Made by a program: the position numbers and the translations under genes | The notes under the pieces: model-generated | Seen by the model: only the letters and a program-made list of their open reading frames with translations | Databases searched by the model: none | Told to the model about the DNA's origin: nothing | From: Leucoraja ocellata | Lineage: Eukaryota | DNA length: 64,000 bases | Direction: 5' to 3' | Assembly: GCA_036785375.1 (NCBI GenBank) | Contig: JAWMAR010000485.1 | Span: 62,001-126,000 of the forward strand | Part shown: positions 62,621 through 64,000 of the stretch, piece after piece | Layout of the letters: each line of letters begins with the position of its first letter | How positions within the stretch are numbered: the first letter of the stretch is position 1

Positions 62621-62870
62621 TTGTGTGTTAAATGAATGTTGTGAACTTGGTATACCAAAGGGACTATGAGTGCCTTGCATCCTGTGCACGTGTCATCAGA
62701 GAGCCTTCACTTCCCCCTTGCTTCTTGATTTTAAGCTTAATGTGGGCAAGAGGGAGGGTGAGGCTCACTGCTGAACATCCTGTTTTGCAAAACCACTACA
62801 TTTCAGGCAGAATCACTGAGGAAAATTCTATGCTTAAAGCTTCCTGTACCGATAATAATATAATGAAAAC

Positions 62871-63160
62871 ATAGTTTAGAGATACAGCATGAAAACAGGC
62901 CCTTTGGCCCACTGAGCCCACGCCGATCATTGATCACCCGTACACTAGTTCTATGTTATCCCACTTCCCGCATAGGGTCAATTTGCAGAAGCCAAATAAC
63001 CTTCAAGCCTGCATGTCTTTGTAATGTGGGAGGAAACCGGAGCACCCGGAGGAAACCCACACCGTTACAGAGAGAACATACAAACTCCGCACAGAAAGCA
63101 CCCATAGTCAAGATCAAGCCGGTGGTCTCTGATGCTGAGGCAGCAGATCTACCACTGCAC
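62871..63160 (-). mobile_element. HE1-like V-SINE
   Basis: GGGAGGAAACCGGAGCACCCGGAGGAAACCCAC reverse core; TAGTTTAGAGATACAGC tail. Confidence 0.85.
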
Positions 63161-63601
63161 CATTTACATAGATATACATGACTTGAGATGCCCAGCAGCC
63201 AGCATTAAGAGCATAAGCAAAGCTTCGGTGTAGGAAATGGAATAGTCAAATGGCAAACTGCAATGTGATCATAACCAGGTCATCTGTTTGAGTGGTTGAG
63301 GGATAACAAGGCTATTAAATGGTTGCAGTGTGAGCACAGACTGCAGCCCTGCATGTCCCCACTGCAGGCAACTACAGCAGATGAATCAGTCTGCCACCAT
63401 CATGAATGGTGAGAGCGGACGCTCTATATTCATCAGGACACAAGCAGACGGCCCTACTCTATGAGAGAGGATCTTATCACTACCAGTGACTTTGATTAGC
63501 AAGCAGATTTTACCCTCCTGGTGAATCTGCTTTTTATTGTGATCCTTTGTCCTGCTTGTCTTTTTAATGTGTGACGTGAAAAATGCCACCAGTATATATT
63601 A

Positions 63602-63892
63602 GAGCACAGTGGCACAGCTGGTAGAACTGCTGCCTCACAGCACCAGAGACCCTGGTTCGATCGTCACCTCCGGTGCTGTCTATGTGGAGTTTGAATGTTC
63701 TCCCTGTGACTGTGTGGGTTTCCCCTGGGTGCTCAGATTTTCTCAAACATTACAAGGACATGCGAGTCTCTGTAAATTGTGCCTAGTGGGTAGGGAATAG
63801 ATGAGAAAGTGGTACACACAGAAATGGTGTGAACAGGTGATCGATGGTCAATGTGGACTCGGTGAGCGGAAGGGCCTTTTTTCATGCTGATA
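63602..63892 (+). mobile_element. HE1-like V-SINE
   Basis: GGTTCGATC B box, V core, degenerate tail. Confidence 0.82.
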
Positions 63893-64000
63893 CTTTCAAT
63901 CCATTCTCGTGGTTATCTAGTCCTCACTCCTGCGGCTGTGAAAACTGGTGTACATCACGCCTGCTTCCATGGTCAGAGGTTACGCTCAACCGGCGGGGTC

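Larger units (their letters stand above)
7114..64000 (+). other. Long intron 2 of the Go alpha gene (continues beyond the window)
   Basis: Starts at the GT donor at 7114; no exon 3-like sequence (IIHEDG...YSNTIQS) recognised by eye; vertebrate GNAO1 intron 2 is known to be very long. Confidence 0.65.

Noticed and set aside
1-64000. CRISPR arrays, prokaryotic operons, rRNA
   Set aside because: No regularly spaced repeat-spacer structure or rRNA-like sequence; the window is intron-containing vertebrate DNA.

Overview
This is vertebrate genomic DNA, and the repeat content (HE1/V-type tRNA-SINEs, CR1 LINEs, Neptune-type Penelope remnants) points to a cartilaginous fish, probably a skate or ray (inference). 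The only host gene I can support is the 5' end of a G-protein Go alpha gene (GNAO1-like) on the + strand. It has a CpG-island promoter, coding exon 1 (6733-6850) and exon 2 (7071-7113), followed by a very long intron 2 that appears to run past the window end; I did not recognise exon 3. The rest is mostly retroelement debris. The most striking structure is a family of about 15 short (90-230 bp) insertions, several of them long palindromes and many flanked by 9-18 bp target-site duplications. They carry a minimal hammerhead-ribozyme core (CTGAAGA-A-stem II-GAAA-CG-TH) and match the 3' tail of a decayed Penelope GIY-YIG element in the same window, so they look like non-autonomous, ribozyme-bearing Penelope mini-elements with fixed end points. 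Almost all listed ORFs are repeat-derived or chance ORFs.
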